The notes beneath the pieces were generated by a model. That model saw nothing but the letters and a program-made list of their open reading frames with translations, did no database searches and had not been told where the DNA came from. From NCBI GenBank assembly GCA_938023735.1, contig CALJDK010000025.1, positions 102,016-166,015 of the forward strand: a stretch of DNA of 64,000 nucleotides. Direction: 5' to 3'. Both the position numbers and the translations under genes were made by a program. The DNA comes from an uncultured Acidimicrobiales bacterium (GTDB lineage Bacteria > Actinomycetota > Acidimicrobiia > Acidimicrobiales > SHLQ01). Positions 20,039 to 28,921 of the stretch are shown in pieces. Each line of letters opens with the position of its first letter. Position 1 is the first letter of the stretch.

Positions 20039-20983
20039 ATGTCCAAGCTCGAACGTTTGATGAATCTCCTCGCGGCGCTTCTGCATACCTCGGTCCCGAT
20101 GACGGCCGAGCAGCTTCGAGTGCGCATCGAGGGGTACCCCGATGCCGGGCCGAGCTTCCGGCGTTCCTTCGAACGCGACAAGGACGATCTGCGTTCGATG
20201 GGTATTCCGATCAGGGTCGAGTTGGTGCCAGGCACCGACCCGCCGACCGACGGGTACCGAATCGATCCCAAGGAGTACGCGGGCAGCGATCCGCAACTCG
20301 ATCCTGACGAACTGGCTGCACTTCACCTTGCCACCAACCTCGTTCGCCTCGACGGGGTGCAGGGCGACCAAGCGCTGGTTCGGGTGGGCGGTTTGGTGGG
20401 CGATACCGGCGCCGGTGATGCCACCAACTCCGAGCGGCCGCTTGCCGCGCTTCCAACCGATACCAATCTTGGCCCGTTGTTCGACGCGGTTCGAACCCAG
20501 AAGTCGGTCGGATTTACCTACAACGACACGGCCCGCACGCTCGACCCGTACAAGCTGTCGTTTCTGCGCGGGCACTGGTACCTGATCGGGTTCGACCACG
20601 TCCGCGAAGACGAACGACAGTTCCGAGTCGACCGCATCGATGGGGTGGTAGAGCCCCTTGGCAACGCCACCACCGTGCGGCCCGATGGACCCAGCAACGA
20701 CCGGGCCGAATCATGGGAACTCGGCGACGAGGAACCAATCGTGGCGCGGATTCTGGTCGATGGCGATCAGGCTGGATGGGCAAAGCACTACCTGGGCCGC
20801 GACGCAGTGGTCGCCGACCACGACGATGGTTCGGCCGAGTTTGAACTGACAGTGCGTAACCGCGAGGCGTTTCGCTCGTTCGTGTTGACGTTCCTCGAAC
20901 ACGCCGAACTCCTGGCGCCCCCCGAACTTCGCGACGACCTGGTCGACTGGCTTACCGAACTCCACGCCGGAGCAGCATCATGA
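20039..20983 (+). CDS. pafB: HTH-WYL transcription activator subunit PafB
   Basis: KLERLMNL, FERDKDDLRSMGIPI, HWYLIG...FRVDRI; directly after pafA. Confidence 0.92.
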   Translation: MSKLERLMNLLAALLHTSVPMTAEQLRVRIEGYPDAGPSFRRSFERDKDDLRSMGIPIRVELVPGTDPPTDGYRIDPKEYAGSDPQLDPDELAALHLATNLVRLDGVQGDQALVRVGGLVGDTGAGDATNSERPLAALPTDTNLGPLFDAVRTQKSVGFTYNDTARTLDPYKLSFLRGHWYLIGFDHVREDERQFRVDRIDGVVEPLGNATTVRPDGPSNDRAESWELGDEEPIVARILVDGDQAGWAKHYLGRDAVVADHDDGSAEFELTVRNREAFRSFVLTFLEHAELLAPPELRDDLVDWLTELHAGAAS

Positions 20984-21924
20984 GCCGGCTCAACGCGTCA
21001 GAGCGGGTCACCCGGCTGCTGGCGGTAATTCCATGGGTTGCGAGCCAACCCGGCGTGCACCTCGACGAAATCGCCGAACGTTTCGGATATCCGCGTACGC
21101 ACCTCGAGGCCGACCTGCTCGAAGCCGTGCAGTTCGTCGGCGTGTACCCGTTTACCCCCGACACAATGATCGAAGTAACCCTCGACGACGATCGTGTCTG
21201 GATTCACTATGCCGACTGGTTCGCGAAACCCTTGCGACTTACCGCCGAACAAGCCATGGCACTCCTAGCCGCAGGGGAGAGCGTTCTGGCACTTTCGGGC
21301 GATGAGAACGGGCCCCTCCTTGGTGGGCTTACCAAACTGGGCGCAGCGCTCGGTGTCGACAAAGGCCTCGACATTCGCCTTGGAAGTGCGCCCGAGGAAA
21401 CCCTCGACCTGTTGCGCACGGCCGTCACCGATCACCGGGTTGTCGAACTCGACTACTACACGTTTGGTCGCGACGAACGCACGCATCGCTCGATCGAACC
21501 GGTGCGGTTCTTTGCCGACGAAGGCAAGTGGTACGTGTCCGCCCACTGCCGGCTCGCCGACGACGAGCGGGTGTTCCGTGTCGACCGTATCGTCGACGCA
21601 ACGCTGCTCGACGAGACGTTCGAACCACGAGGCGAGGGTGGAATTCATGTCTTCACTGCACGCGACGACGACCCCCGGGTAACGCTCGAGGTCACCGCCG
21701 ACGCTGGCTGGGTAGTGCAGCAGTACCCCAACGAGGGCGTCGAAGAACTCGCCAACGGAGGCTTCCGGGTCACCCTTGCGGTTGCTGCGGTTCCGTGGCT
21801 CGAACGCCTCTTGGTGCGCCTCGGTTCCGACGGCAAAATCGTCGACCACGACCCGTCGATTCCCGCCGACCTCGTTCGGGCAACTGCCGCCCGCGTTCTC
21901 ACCAGATATCAGGCCGGCCAATGA
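20980..21924 (+). CDS. pafC: HTH-WYL transcription activator subunit PafC
   Basis: RLLAVIPW, PLRLTAEQA, KWYVSAHC...FRVDRI; ATGA overlap with pafB. Confidence 0.92.
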   Translation: MSRLNASERVTRLLAVIPWVASQPGVHLDEIAERFGYPRTHLEADLLEAVQFVGVYPFTPDTMIEVTLDDDRVWIHYADWFAKPLRLTAEQAMALLAAGESVLALSGDENGPLLGGLTKLGAALGVDKGLDIRLGSAPEETLDLLRTAVTDHRVVELDYYTFGRDERTHRSIEPVRFFADEGKWYVSAHCRLADDERVFRVDRIVDATLLDETFEPRGEGGIHVFTARDDDPRVTLEVTADAGWVVQQYPNEGVEELANGGFRVTLAVAAVPWLERLLVRLGSDGKIVDHDPSIPADLVRATAARVLTRYQAGQ

Positions 21925-21963
21925 GGTCTTTTAGGCGCACCGACCTTGTAGGGTCGTAGTATC

Positions 21964-23187
21964 GTGCCAAGTGATCCCGTTGTACCTGATGAGCCGTCGC
22001 TCTCCCTTGACAGCCCCGATTTTGCCGAGCGCATCGCCGCTCGAGCCAAAGAGCGGCTAGCCCAGCAACAGGCCGGAACGTCGACCGACGGGCACTCGCA
22101 AACTCCAGCCGCGCCACAGCCGGGCGTAGCTCGATTCGATACCGGCACAGCCGACCCCGTCGCGGCCGCTGCCGCTGCGGCGGTTTCTGCTCCACCGGTG
22201 GTCGACCCACCCACGGCCCCAGTCGTTTCAGATCCACCAGTCGTTTCAACCCCACCGGTCGACCAACGGCCGTCCGAGACCCCTCTCAGCCCTGTCGGTT
22301 CATCTGCGACCCCGCCAGTTCCAACGGCTCAGGCGCCGGTGCGGCCACAGGCCCAGCCGTTCGAGCAACAGCAATCTTCCCAGGTGCAATCAGCCCCAGA
22401 AACGCAACGCCAGCCCGCCGCCGCTGAGCCAGTCATCCGGCAACCAGACACGACGCCCCAGCGTCGCACAGAGACAGCCCAGTCGATTGCGCCCGTAGCT
22501 CCCGTCGCAGCAGCCACGGCCACCGCGGTCGGTGAACCATCGCGACCGGCTTCGGCCGCCGACGGTCCAACCAATGCGCCCGCCGCCCGCGATCAGCCAT
22601 TGCCCACCCGCGACGAAGCCGACTACGACGTCATCAATCCACGCCTCCGGTCGCTTATCGAATGGGCTGTCGTAGTCGCCGGAGCGCTAGCTGTTGCTCT
22701 GGTCATCAAGAGCTTTCTGCTTCAGGCGTACTTCATCCCGTCGCCGTCGATGGAGGCAACGCTTGTCGAAGACGACCGCGTGCTGGTGAACAAGCTCAGC
22801 ACTACCGCAAACCGTGGCGACGTGATGGTCTTCAAACGCGAAGTTGTGAACCCCAACGACCCCGAAGACCTCATCAAACGGGTCATTGGGCTCGAAGGCG
22901 AGACTGTCGAAGCCCGCGACGGATCGATATTCATCGACGGCAAGATGCTGCAGGAGCCCTACGTCGAGGATGGTGCCGCCACATTCGGCCCGGTTTGGAC
23001 CGAAGGCTGCGCCAACGAACAGGGCGACGGAAACTCATGCACCATCCCCGAAGGACAGCTGTTCATGATGGGCGACAACCGTCAGAACTCCCGCGATAGC
23101 CGGTTCTTCGGCCCAATCACCCGAGACCAGCTTGTCGGAAGAGCCTTCCTAAAGGTCTGGCCACTCGGCGACATCGAAGCGCTGTGA
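21964..23187 (+). CDS. lepB: Signal peptidase I with a long Pro/Ala-rich N-terminal extension
   Basis: TM segment, then IPSPSME (Ser), LIKRVIG (Lys), MGDNRQNSRDSRFFG. Confidence 0.93.
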   Translation: MPSDPVVPDEPSLSLDSPDFAERIAARAKERLAQQQAGTSTDGHSQTPAAPQPGVARFDTGTADPVAAAAAAAVSAPPVVDPPTAPVVSDPPVVSTPPVDQRPSETPLSPVGSSATPPVPTAQAPVRPQAQPFEQQQSSQVQSAPETQRQPAAAEPVIRQPDTTPQRRTETAQSIAPVAPVAAATATAVGEPSRPASAADGPTNAPAARDQPLPTRDEADYDVINPRLRSLIEWAVVVAGALAVALVIKSFLLQAYFIPSPSMEATLVEDDRVLVNKLSTTANRGDVMVFKREVVNPNDPEDLIKRVIGLEGETVEARDGSIFIDGKMLQEPYVEDGAATFGPVWTEGCANEQGDGNSCTIPEGQLFMMGDNRQNSRDSRFFGPITRDQLVGRAFLKVWPLGDIEAL

Positions 23188-23189
23188 CT

Positions 23190-23380
23190 TTGGTTCGCTT
23201 CGGCGCTGCGCTTCTTCGCTCTCACGCTTCGCTATTTTTGTAGAGCTTCAACCTCGGCCTTCGCTGGCGCTTCGGCACGACTCCCAGCTTCTGGTCGTTC
23301 GCTCACAAGTTCGCTCTCTCTACGCTCCGCGTCGGTTTCGCTTGCGGCGAAGCCCTTTCCGAGTTGTTTCGCAACTCGCG
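23190..23380. other. TTCG(CT)-rich, potentially structured intergenic element
   Basis: Ten TTCG tetramers on the + strand in about 180 nt; hairpins acgac..gtcgt and cgagttg-tttcg-caactcg. Confidence 0.5.
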
Positions 23381-23381
23381 T

Positions 23382-23417
23382 GGTCACCGCGACACTCGTG
23401 TCTGACACCTGTGTCGG
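23382..23417. repeat. REP-like palindrome, copy 1
   Basis: ggtcaccgcgacactcgtgtctgacacctgtgtcgg; near-identical inverted copy at 39307-39343. Confidence 0.8.
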
Positions 23418-23418
23418 T

Positions 23419-24126
23419 CTAGGTCTTTAGGGCGTCGGCTATTCGGTCTGAGTGGTCGCTGAAGAAACCATCTGCGCCCATTTGGATTGCTTCGTTGATG
23501 ACCCGAAGGTGCTGACAATCCCACGAGAACGCCTCGACGCCAAAGCGGTGAAAGAAGGCCATATTGCCCCCGGTCCACTCGGTATTGCGCATGTTGACCG
23601 TGTCGATCTGAAGCTCGGCCAGCGTGGCCGCATGACGCTCTGGGCCGCCCTCCATCGCCGCCAACTTGGTGGAGTGCACCAACTTGGCTGCCCCGGCGGC
23701 TTCGCGCCAGGAAGCCAGCGTTTCGAGATCGCGGTAACAAATCCACAGATTCTCGAGCGCGCCCGCCTTCTGGGCCGCCTCTACCGTGGGGGCAAACGCC
23801 TTGGGGTCACAAACGTCGAGCGAGAGCGGTAACTCGGCACCGACCTCGGCATAAAACTCGTCAAGCGAGGGGATATGGCTTGGCAGATCGGCCCGATCGA
23901 ACTCTCGAATTGGCTGGCGCTGCACCAGACGTTTGCGAACAACCCCGTCGTGGTCGAGCACGGCAATGCCGTCGCGGCTTACCCAAACGTCGCTTTCGAG
24001 GCCGGTAGCACCGAGTTTCTTGGCAAGGAGGAACGATTCGATAGTGTTGTCGGCCGCGTGAGCGCTAGCGCCCCGATGAGCGAACCCAATTGGAGGGGTC
24101 CGCAGGGCCGGATTGCGGGTCTTCAT
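23419..24126 (-). CDS. Glycerophosphodiester phosphodiesterase family protein
   Basis: FAHRGAS, NTIESF, LESDV, VLDHD. Confidence 0.9.
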   Translation of the reverse strand: MKTRNPALRTPPIGFAHRGASAHAADNTIESFLLAKKLGATGLESDVWVSRDGIAVLDHDGVVRKRLVQRQPIREFDRADLPSHIPSLDEFYAEVGAELPLSLDVCDPKAFAPTVEAAQKAGALENLWICYRDLETLASWREAAGAAKLVHSTKLAAMEGGPERHAATLAELQIDTVNMRNTEWTGGNMAFFHRFGVEAFSWDCQHLRVINEAIQMGADGFFSDHSDRIADALKT

Positions 24127-24294
24127 GACCAACACGCTACCTCCTCCGCCAACTCACTTCGGCACGCTCCAGCGGCCGATTGGCACCATTGCAGGCCTCA
24201 CCCGGAGCGCCCTGCTCCGTATGGCCCTGTTGCGTACCCAAAATTTGGGTAATGCGGCCAAAAAGTGGCCAAACGAAAGGGCCAATCGGCCTGT

Positions 24295-24321
24295 TAAGGC
24301 ACCGAGTTGGCGTGCCGATAG
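24295..24321 (+). promoter_or_regulatory. Sigma-28 (FliA/WhiG)-type promoter
   Basis: TAAG-N15-GCCGATAG, 33 nt before ATG 24355; shares TTAAGGCAC with the copy at 17950. Confidence 0.7.
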
Positions 24322-24354
24322 TTCTGTTGTCGCAATGGAACATGAAAGCTGAAC

Positions 24355-24684
24355 ATGGCAACGATTCGGGCAACATGCCCTTCTTGTGGAGATGTAGAAC
24401 TGACTACGGCGGACGTTAAGGTCCGGGTATGTCTCGATGATGATCGAGGCGAGTACTCGTTCCGGTGTCCGGTCTGCACAATGACGGTCGTCAAGGCCGC
24501 CGAGCACCGCACCATCGACCTGCTGGTTGCCTCAGGCGTGCATATGGACACGTGGACGCTCCCCGAGGAGCTCTATGAAACCAAGAGCGGTGCCCCCATC
24601 AGCCACGATGACATCATCGATTTCCATTCACAGCTGCACAACGACAACGTGCTCGTTGAAGCGCTCCAAGAGCTGAAAAAGTAG
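24355..24684 (+). CDS. Small zinc-ribbon hypothetical protein
   Basis: CPSC...CPVC, then GAPISHDDIIDFH. Confidence 0.8.
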   Translation: MATIRATCPSCGDVELTTADVKVRVCLDDDRGEYSFRCPVCTMTVVKAAEHRTIDLLVASGVHMDTWTLPEELYETKSGAPISHDDIIDFHSQLHNDNVLVEALQELKK

Positions 24685-24814
24685 CCGTCTTGCCTAAGGC
24701 CGACCTCGGCCCTGTTTCCGCAAACCCAGCCGCTGCCGTTGGCAGTGGATTTCCAACGATTCTTCCTACGGCCGCCCTCTCTCACTTCGGCGTGTGAATC
24801 GGTAGACTTCCTCT

Positions 24815-25261
24815 ATGGGAAATGTAGGTGGTCTCGAAGTACTCGTGGTGCTTCTTGTTGCGCTTGTTGTGCTCGGGCCTGAGAAACTTCCCGAAGCGGT
24901 TCGAAAGGTCGGAAACGTCGTCGGCGAATTGCGGCGAGTTTCTAAGAGCTTTCAGGACGAAATGCGCTCGGCGGCGATGCTCGACGACATCGGGCTTGAG
25001 ACCACGGCCCGAGAGCGAGGCGACGCCGCCGTGGCCGCCAGCAAAGCCAACCAGGCGAGCCTTGAACCCACCGGACGCAGCCTTGAAGAGAACACCGAGC
25101 CGTTCAAGAACACCGCAGAAGAAACAGAAGAAACAGAAGAGCCAGAAGAGGGAGCCGCCGAAGACGTTGACGATGTCGAGAACACGTCGGAACCCGACAA
25201 CATCGCCGACGCCGACGCCGACGATGACGGTGATACACCCCGGATCGAATCCGACGCATAG
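24815..25261 (+). CDS. tatB: Tat translocase TatB (TatA/B family)
   Basis: MGNVGGLEVLVVLLVALVVLGPEKLP with TM Glu, amphipathic helix and acidic tail. Confidence 0.8.
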   Translation: MGNVGGLEVLVVLLVALVVLGPEKLPEAVRKVGNVVGELRRVSKSFQDEMRSAAMLDDIGLETTARERGDAAVAASKANQASLEPTGRSLEENTEPFKNTAEETEETEEPEEGAAEDVDDVENTSEPDNIADADADDDGDTPRIESDA

Positions 25262-25263
25262 CG

Positions 25264-26073
25264 GTGGCCGACGAAACTCGCTCCTCTCCGCCGCGCCCGA
25301 CGGCCAACGACGAAGGGCGCATGACGCTGGTCGAGCACCTCACCGAGTTGCGGACCCGCATCATGCGTTCGGCTATGGCCATCGCCGTCGGGTTCGTGAT
25401 CTGCTGGTGGAAGGGCCCTGACATCCTCCAATTCCTGGTCGACCCGTACTGCGACTCCATCGACCCGGAAGCCATCATCGCTGCAGGCGGCAGTGCCGGC
25501 GAGTGTCAGCTGCTTGTTACCGAACCGACCGAGCAGCTCAATGTTCGAGTCACCACCGCCACCTACGGCGGGTTCTCGCTGGCGATCCCCGTGATCCTGT
25601 GGCAGGTCTGGCAGTTCATCACCCCCGGCTTGTACCCCCACGAACGTCGCTATGCGCTGCCGTTCGTCTTCTCCGGAGCGGCGCTGTTTGCGCTGGGCGT
25701 CGGGCTCTCGTACTGGAGCCTTCCCCGGGCTCTCGAGTTCCTCAACGAAATTGGTGGCGTCGAGTTTGCGACGGCTTTTCGACCCCAGCCCTACCTGACC
25801 TTCGTCATCAAGATGCTGGTTGGCTTTGGCTTGGGGTTTCAGTTTCCGATCGTGCTCATCTTCATGCAGCTCGCTGGAGTGCTGTCGATCGACACGCTCA
25901 AGAGTGGTCGGCGTTATGCGCTGGTGGGCATTGTCATCCTCGTGGCTGTTATTACTCCCAGCGGCGACCCGTTCACACTGATGGCGCTATCGGTTCCGAT
26001 GTACCTGTTCTACGAAATTGCAATCCTCTTCGGGGTTATCCGGGCGCGCCGCAAGGCATCTGGCACTTCGTGA
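25264..26073 (+). CDS. tatC: Tat translocase TatC
   Basis: MTLVEHLTELRTR, WQFITPGLYPHE, FQFP, TPSGDPF, LFYE. Confidence 0.96.
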   Translation: MADETRSSPPRPTANDEGRMTLVEHLTELRTRIMRSAMAIAVGFVICWWKGPDILQFLVDPYCDSIDPEAIIAAGGSAGECQLLVTEPTEQLNVRVTTATYGGFSLAIPVILWQVWQFITPGLYPHERRYALPFVFSGAALFALGVGLSYWSLPRALEFLNEIGGVEFATAFRPQPYLTFVIKMLVGFGLGFQFPIVLIFMQLAGVLSIDTLKSGRRYALVGIVILVAVITPSGDPFTLMALSVPMYLFYEIAILFGVIRARRKASGTS

Positions 26074-26098
26074 CGAATCGCCCGGGCAGAGAGTGCCG

Positions 26099-28921
26099 AT
26101 GACCGAGCGAATGTTCACCCTTGATCCGTTCCAACAGGAATCGATCGAGGTCCTCAAGAGCGGCCACTCGGTGCTGGTGGCCGCACCGACCGGATCTGGC
26201 AAGACCGTTGTGGCCGAATACGCGGTCGAAGAGGCACAGCGGTTGGGCGAGAAGGTGTTTTACACCACACCGATCAAGGCGCTCTCGAACCAGAAGTATC
26301 GCGACTTCAAAGAGCAGTACGGCGCGGATGAGGTAGGGCTGCTCACGGGCGACAATGCGGTCAATGGCAATGCGTCGGTGGTGGTGATGACCACCGAAGT
26401 GCTCAGAAACATGTTGTACGCGGGCTCGGATCTGCTCGAGGGGCTGCGTTACGTGGTGCTCGACGAGGTCCATTACCTGCAGGACGCGTTTCGGGGGCCG
26501 GTGTGGGAGGAAGTGATCATTCACCTTCCGAAGTCGGTACGACTTGTGGCGTTGTCGGCCACGGTTTCCAACGCTGATGAGTTAGCCGAGTGGATTACCG
26601 AGGTGCGAGGCCAGACCGTCGCCGTGCTCGAAACCACCCGGCCGGTTGAGCTGCGCGACCTGTACGGAGTCTCCGAGCGCAACACGTCGCAGCTGCATGT
26701 GGTTCCGGTGTTGGTGAAGGGAAAACCCAACCGTGAGGCGTTCCGGTTTGATCTGCAATCGGGCCGCAAGAACGACCGCCATGACGGCAAGCAGAGCAAG
26801 CAGGGCAAGCAGCGGCGACGCCGGCCCTTCTCGACGCCGCGGCGCCTCGATGTAGTGCACTACTTGCGGCGGCGCGAGTTGCTGCCCGGCATCTTCTTTA
26901 TTTTCAGTCGCGCCGGTTGTGATGATGCGGTTTCGGGCGCCATCGATTCGGGCATCGATCTCACCACCACCGAAGAGAAGGCCCGCATTGGCGATATTGC
27001 CGCCAGCCGCACCTCACACCTCTCCGAGCGTGACTTGGTGGCGTTGGAGTACGAACGGTTTGTGGCCGCCCTTCTTCGTGGCGTTGGCGCCCACCACGCC
27101 GGGATGGTTCCGGCGTTCAAGGAGACCGTTGAGCTCTGCTTTGTCGAGGGGCTGATCAAGGTGGTGTTCGCTACCGAAACCTTGGCGATGGGTATCAACA
27201 TGCCAGCCCGCAGTGTGGTGCTCGACAAACTCACCAAGTTCACGGGCGAAACCCACGAATCGCTCACCCCAGGGCAGTACACCCAGCTCACCGGGCGCGC
27301 TGGTCGCCGCGGCATTGATCCGCTCGGACATGCGCTGGTGCTGTGGTCGCCGTATGTCACATTCGATCAGGTCTCACGCCTTGCTGGTAGCAACAGTTTC
27401 CCGCTGTTCTCGTCGTTTCGGCCCAGCTACAACATGGCCGTGAACCTGGTTCGCCGGGTCGAGGAAGACGCCGCCAGCGATCTGCTTCGTCAATCGTTCG
27501 CCCAGTTCCAGGCCCGAAGCGCAGTCGCCAAGTTGGCCACGAAGGTGCAGAAGCGCAAGGACGACGTACAAAAGGCCACCGATTCGCTCACGGTGCCGCG
27601 GGCCGAGGTAGAAGCCAGCCGGCCATCGAATCGGGGAGAAGACGGTGGCAGTGTTGCCGACAACCCCGAGTTGGCCGACCGCATCGCCAAAGCGGTCGAC
27701 CGTTTGGCGCCCGGCGATGTTCTTGCCGCATCGGCCACCCACGAGCGTGCGGTGGTGGTGTCTACGGCGTTCCGCCGCGGGCAGGCACGGGTGCGTCTGG
27801 TGAACGAGGTCGGCGATTCGTTCACCATCGACACCGAGGCCTTTCAGGATATTCCCGACACCATCGGCACACTCACGCTCCCGGAGCCCTATGCGCCCAA
27901 CAGCGACCGCTTTCAGGCTGCCGTGGGCCACGAACTCTCGCGAGCGAGCTTTCGCACCCGCCGAAAAAACGGTAGGCCCGGCAAGAACCGCAAGAACGGA
28001 AGCGGCAGCAACGGCGGGAGCAGGGCTCACCTGTCGGTCGTTCGCGGCGGCGACTCAGACGACAGTTTCCCCAGCGACAATTTCCCCAGCGAAGAGCACC
28101 CCGGCGAGAGTTCGTCCTCTGACACCGACCAGCGGTTCAACCTGGCTCTGCTCGACCAAATCGAGGGCGACGAGCGAGAGATTGAAGCGCTTTCGAAGCG
28201 CATGGCCGCCCGCGACGGCTCCATCGAGAAGCAGTTTGCCGCCGTGCGGGGCGTGCTCGACGAGCTTGGCTACCTTGACGGCTGGTCGCTCACCGACCGC
28301 GGCGAAACGTTGGTGCGGGTTTATCACGAACGCGATCTGCTCATTACCGAGGCGCTTATGAGTGGCCTGCTCGATGGTCTCGACGATGCCGAACTGGCCG
28401 GAATGGTGAGCGGATTCACCTACGAGCATCGAAGTGCGACACCACCACCATCGCCATGGTTTCCCAGCAAGCCGGCTCGCACCCGGTTCGCCGAACTCGA
28501 GGCTATGCACGGTCGAATCAACCGGCTCGAACGAGCAGCGGGCCTTCCGGAGACCTCCGAGCCTGATCCGACAATCTTTGCGTCGGTTCATGCCTGGGCG
28601 CTCGGCGTCGACCTCGACGATGTGCTCGACGACGATCTCACCGGCGGCGACTTTGTTCGGCAAATCAAGCAGATCATCGACTTGCTCCGCCAGCTCGCCA
28701 CGGCAGCGCCGAACCCCGACACCCGACGGCGATCAGCGGCAGCTGCCGACCGGCTCGATCGGGGAGTGGTAACCGCCTCGGGCGCCGTCGCCGGGCCTTC
28801 CTCCGGCGGTTCCGCTGAGCCGGTTGGGGCGGCCGATGCAGAAGAGCATGCCGAAAGCGATGAAACTGACGATGTCCGGGGGTCCTCCTCGGACACCGAA
28901 CAGGACTCCGACGATGATTGA
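26099..28921 (+). CDS. helY: Ski2-like DExH RNA helicase HelY
   Basis: APTGSGKT, TPIKALSNQK, DEVH, ATETLAMGINMPA, GRAGRRG, C-terminal DSHCT-like GDFVR; follows tatC. Confidence 0.93.
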   Translation: MTERMFTLDPFQQESIEVLKSGHSVLVAAPTGSGKTVVAEYAVEEAQRLGEKVFYTTPIKALSNQKYRDFKEQYGADEVGLLTGDNAVNGNASVVVMTTEVLRNMLYAGSDLLEGLRYVVLDEVHYLQDAFRGPVWEEVIIHLPKSVRLVALSATVSNADELAEWITEVRGQTVAVLETTRPVELRDLYGVSERNTSQLHVVPVLVKGKPNREAFRFDLQSGRKNDRHDGKQSKQGKQRRRRPFSTPRRLDVVHYLRRRELLPGIFFIFSRAGCDDAVSGAIDSGIDLTTTEEKARIGDIAASRTSHLSERDLVALEYERFVAALLRGVGAHHAGMVPAFKETVELCFVEGLIKVVFATETLAMGINMPARSVVLDKLTKFTGETHESLTPGQYTQLTGRAGRRGIDPLGHALVLWSPYVTFDQVSRLAGSNSFPLFSSFRPSYNMAVNLVRRVEEDAASDLLRQSFAQFQARSAVAKLATKVQKRKDDVQKATDSLTVPRAEVEASRPSNRGEDGGSVADNPELADRIAKAVDRLAPGDVLAASATHERAVVVSTAFRRGQARVRLVNEVGDSFTIDTEAFQDIPDTIGTLTLPEPYAPNSDRFQAAVGHELSRASFRTRRKNGRPGKNRKNGSGSNGGSRAHLSVVRGGDSDDSFPSDNFPSEEHPGESSSSDTDQRFNLALLDQIEGDEREIEALSKRMAARDGSIEKQFAAVRGVLDELGYLDGWSLTDRGETLVRVYHERDLLITEALMSGLLDGLDDAELAGMVSGFTYEHRSATPPPSPWFPSKPARTRFAELEAMHGRINRLERAAGLPETSEPDPTIFASVHAWALGVDLDDVLDDDLTGGDFVRQIKQIIDLLRQLATAAPNPDTRRRSAAAADRLDRGVVTASGAVAGPSSGGSAEPVGAADAEEHAESDETDDVRGSSSDTEQDSDDD

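Noticed and set aside
20039-21924. Tandem WYL-domain genes as regulators of a novel defence system
   Set aside because: Position after pafA and the sequence motifs identify them as canonical PafB/PafC.
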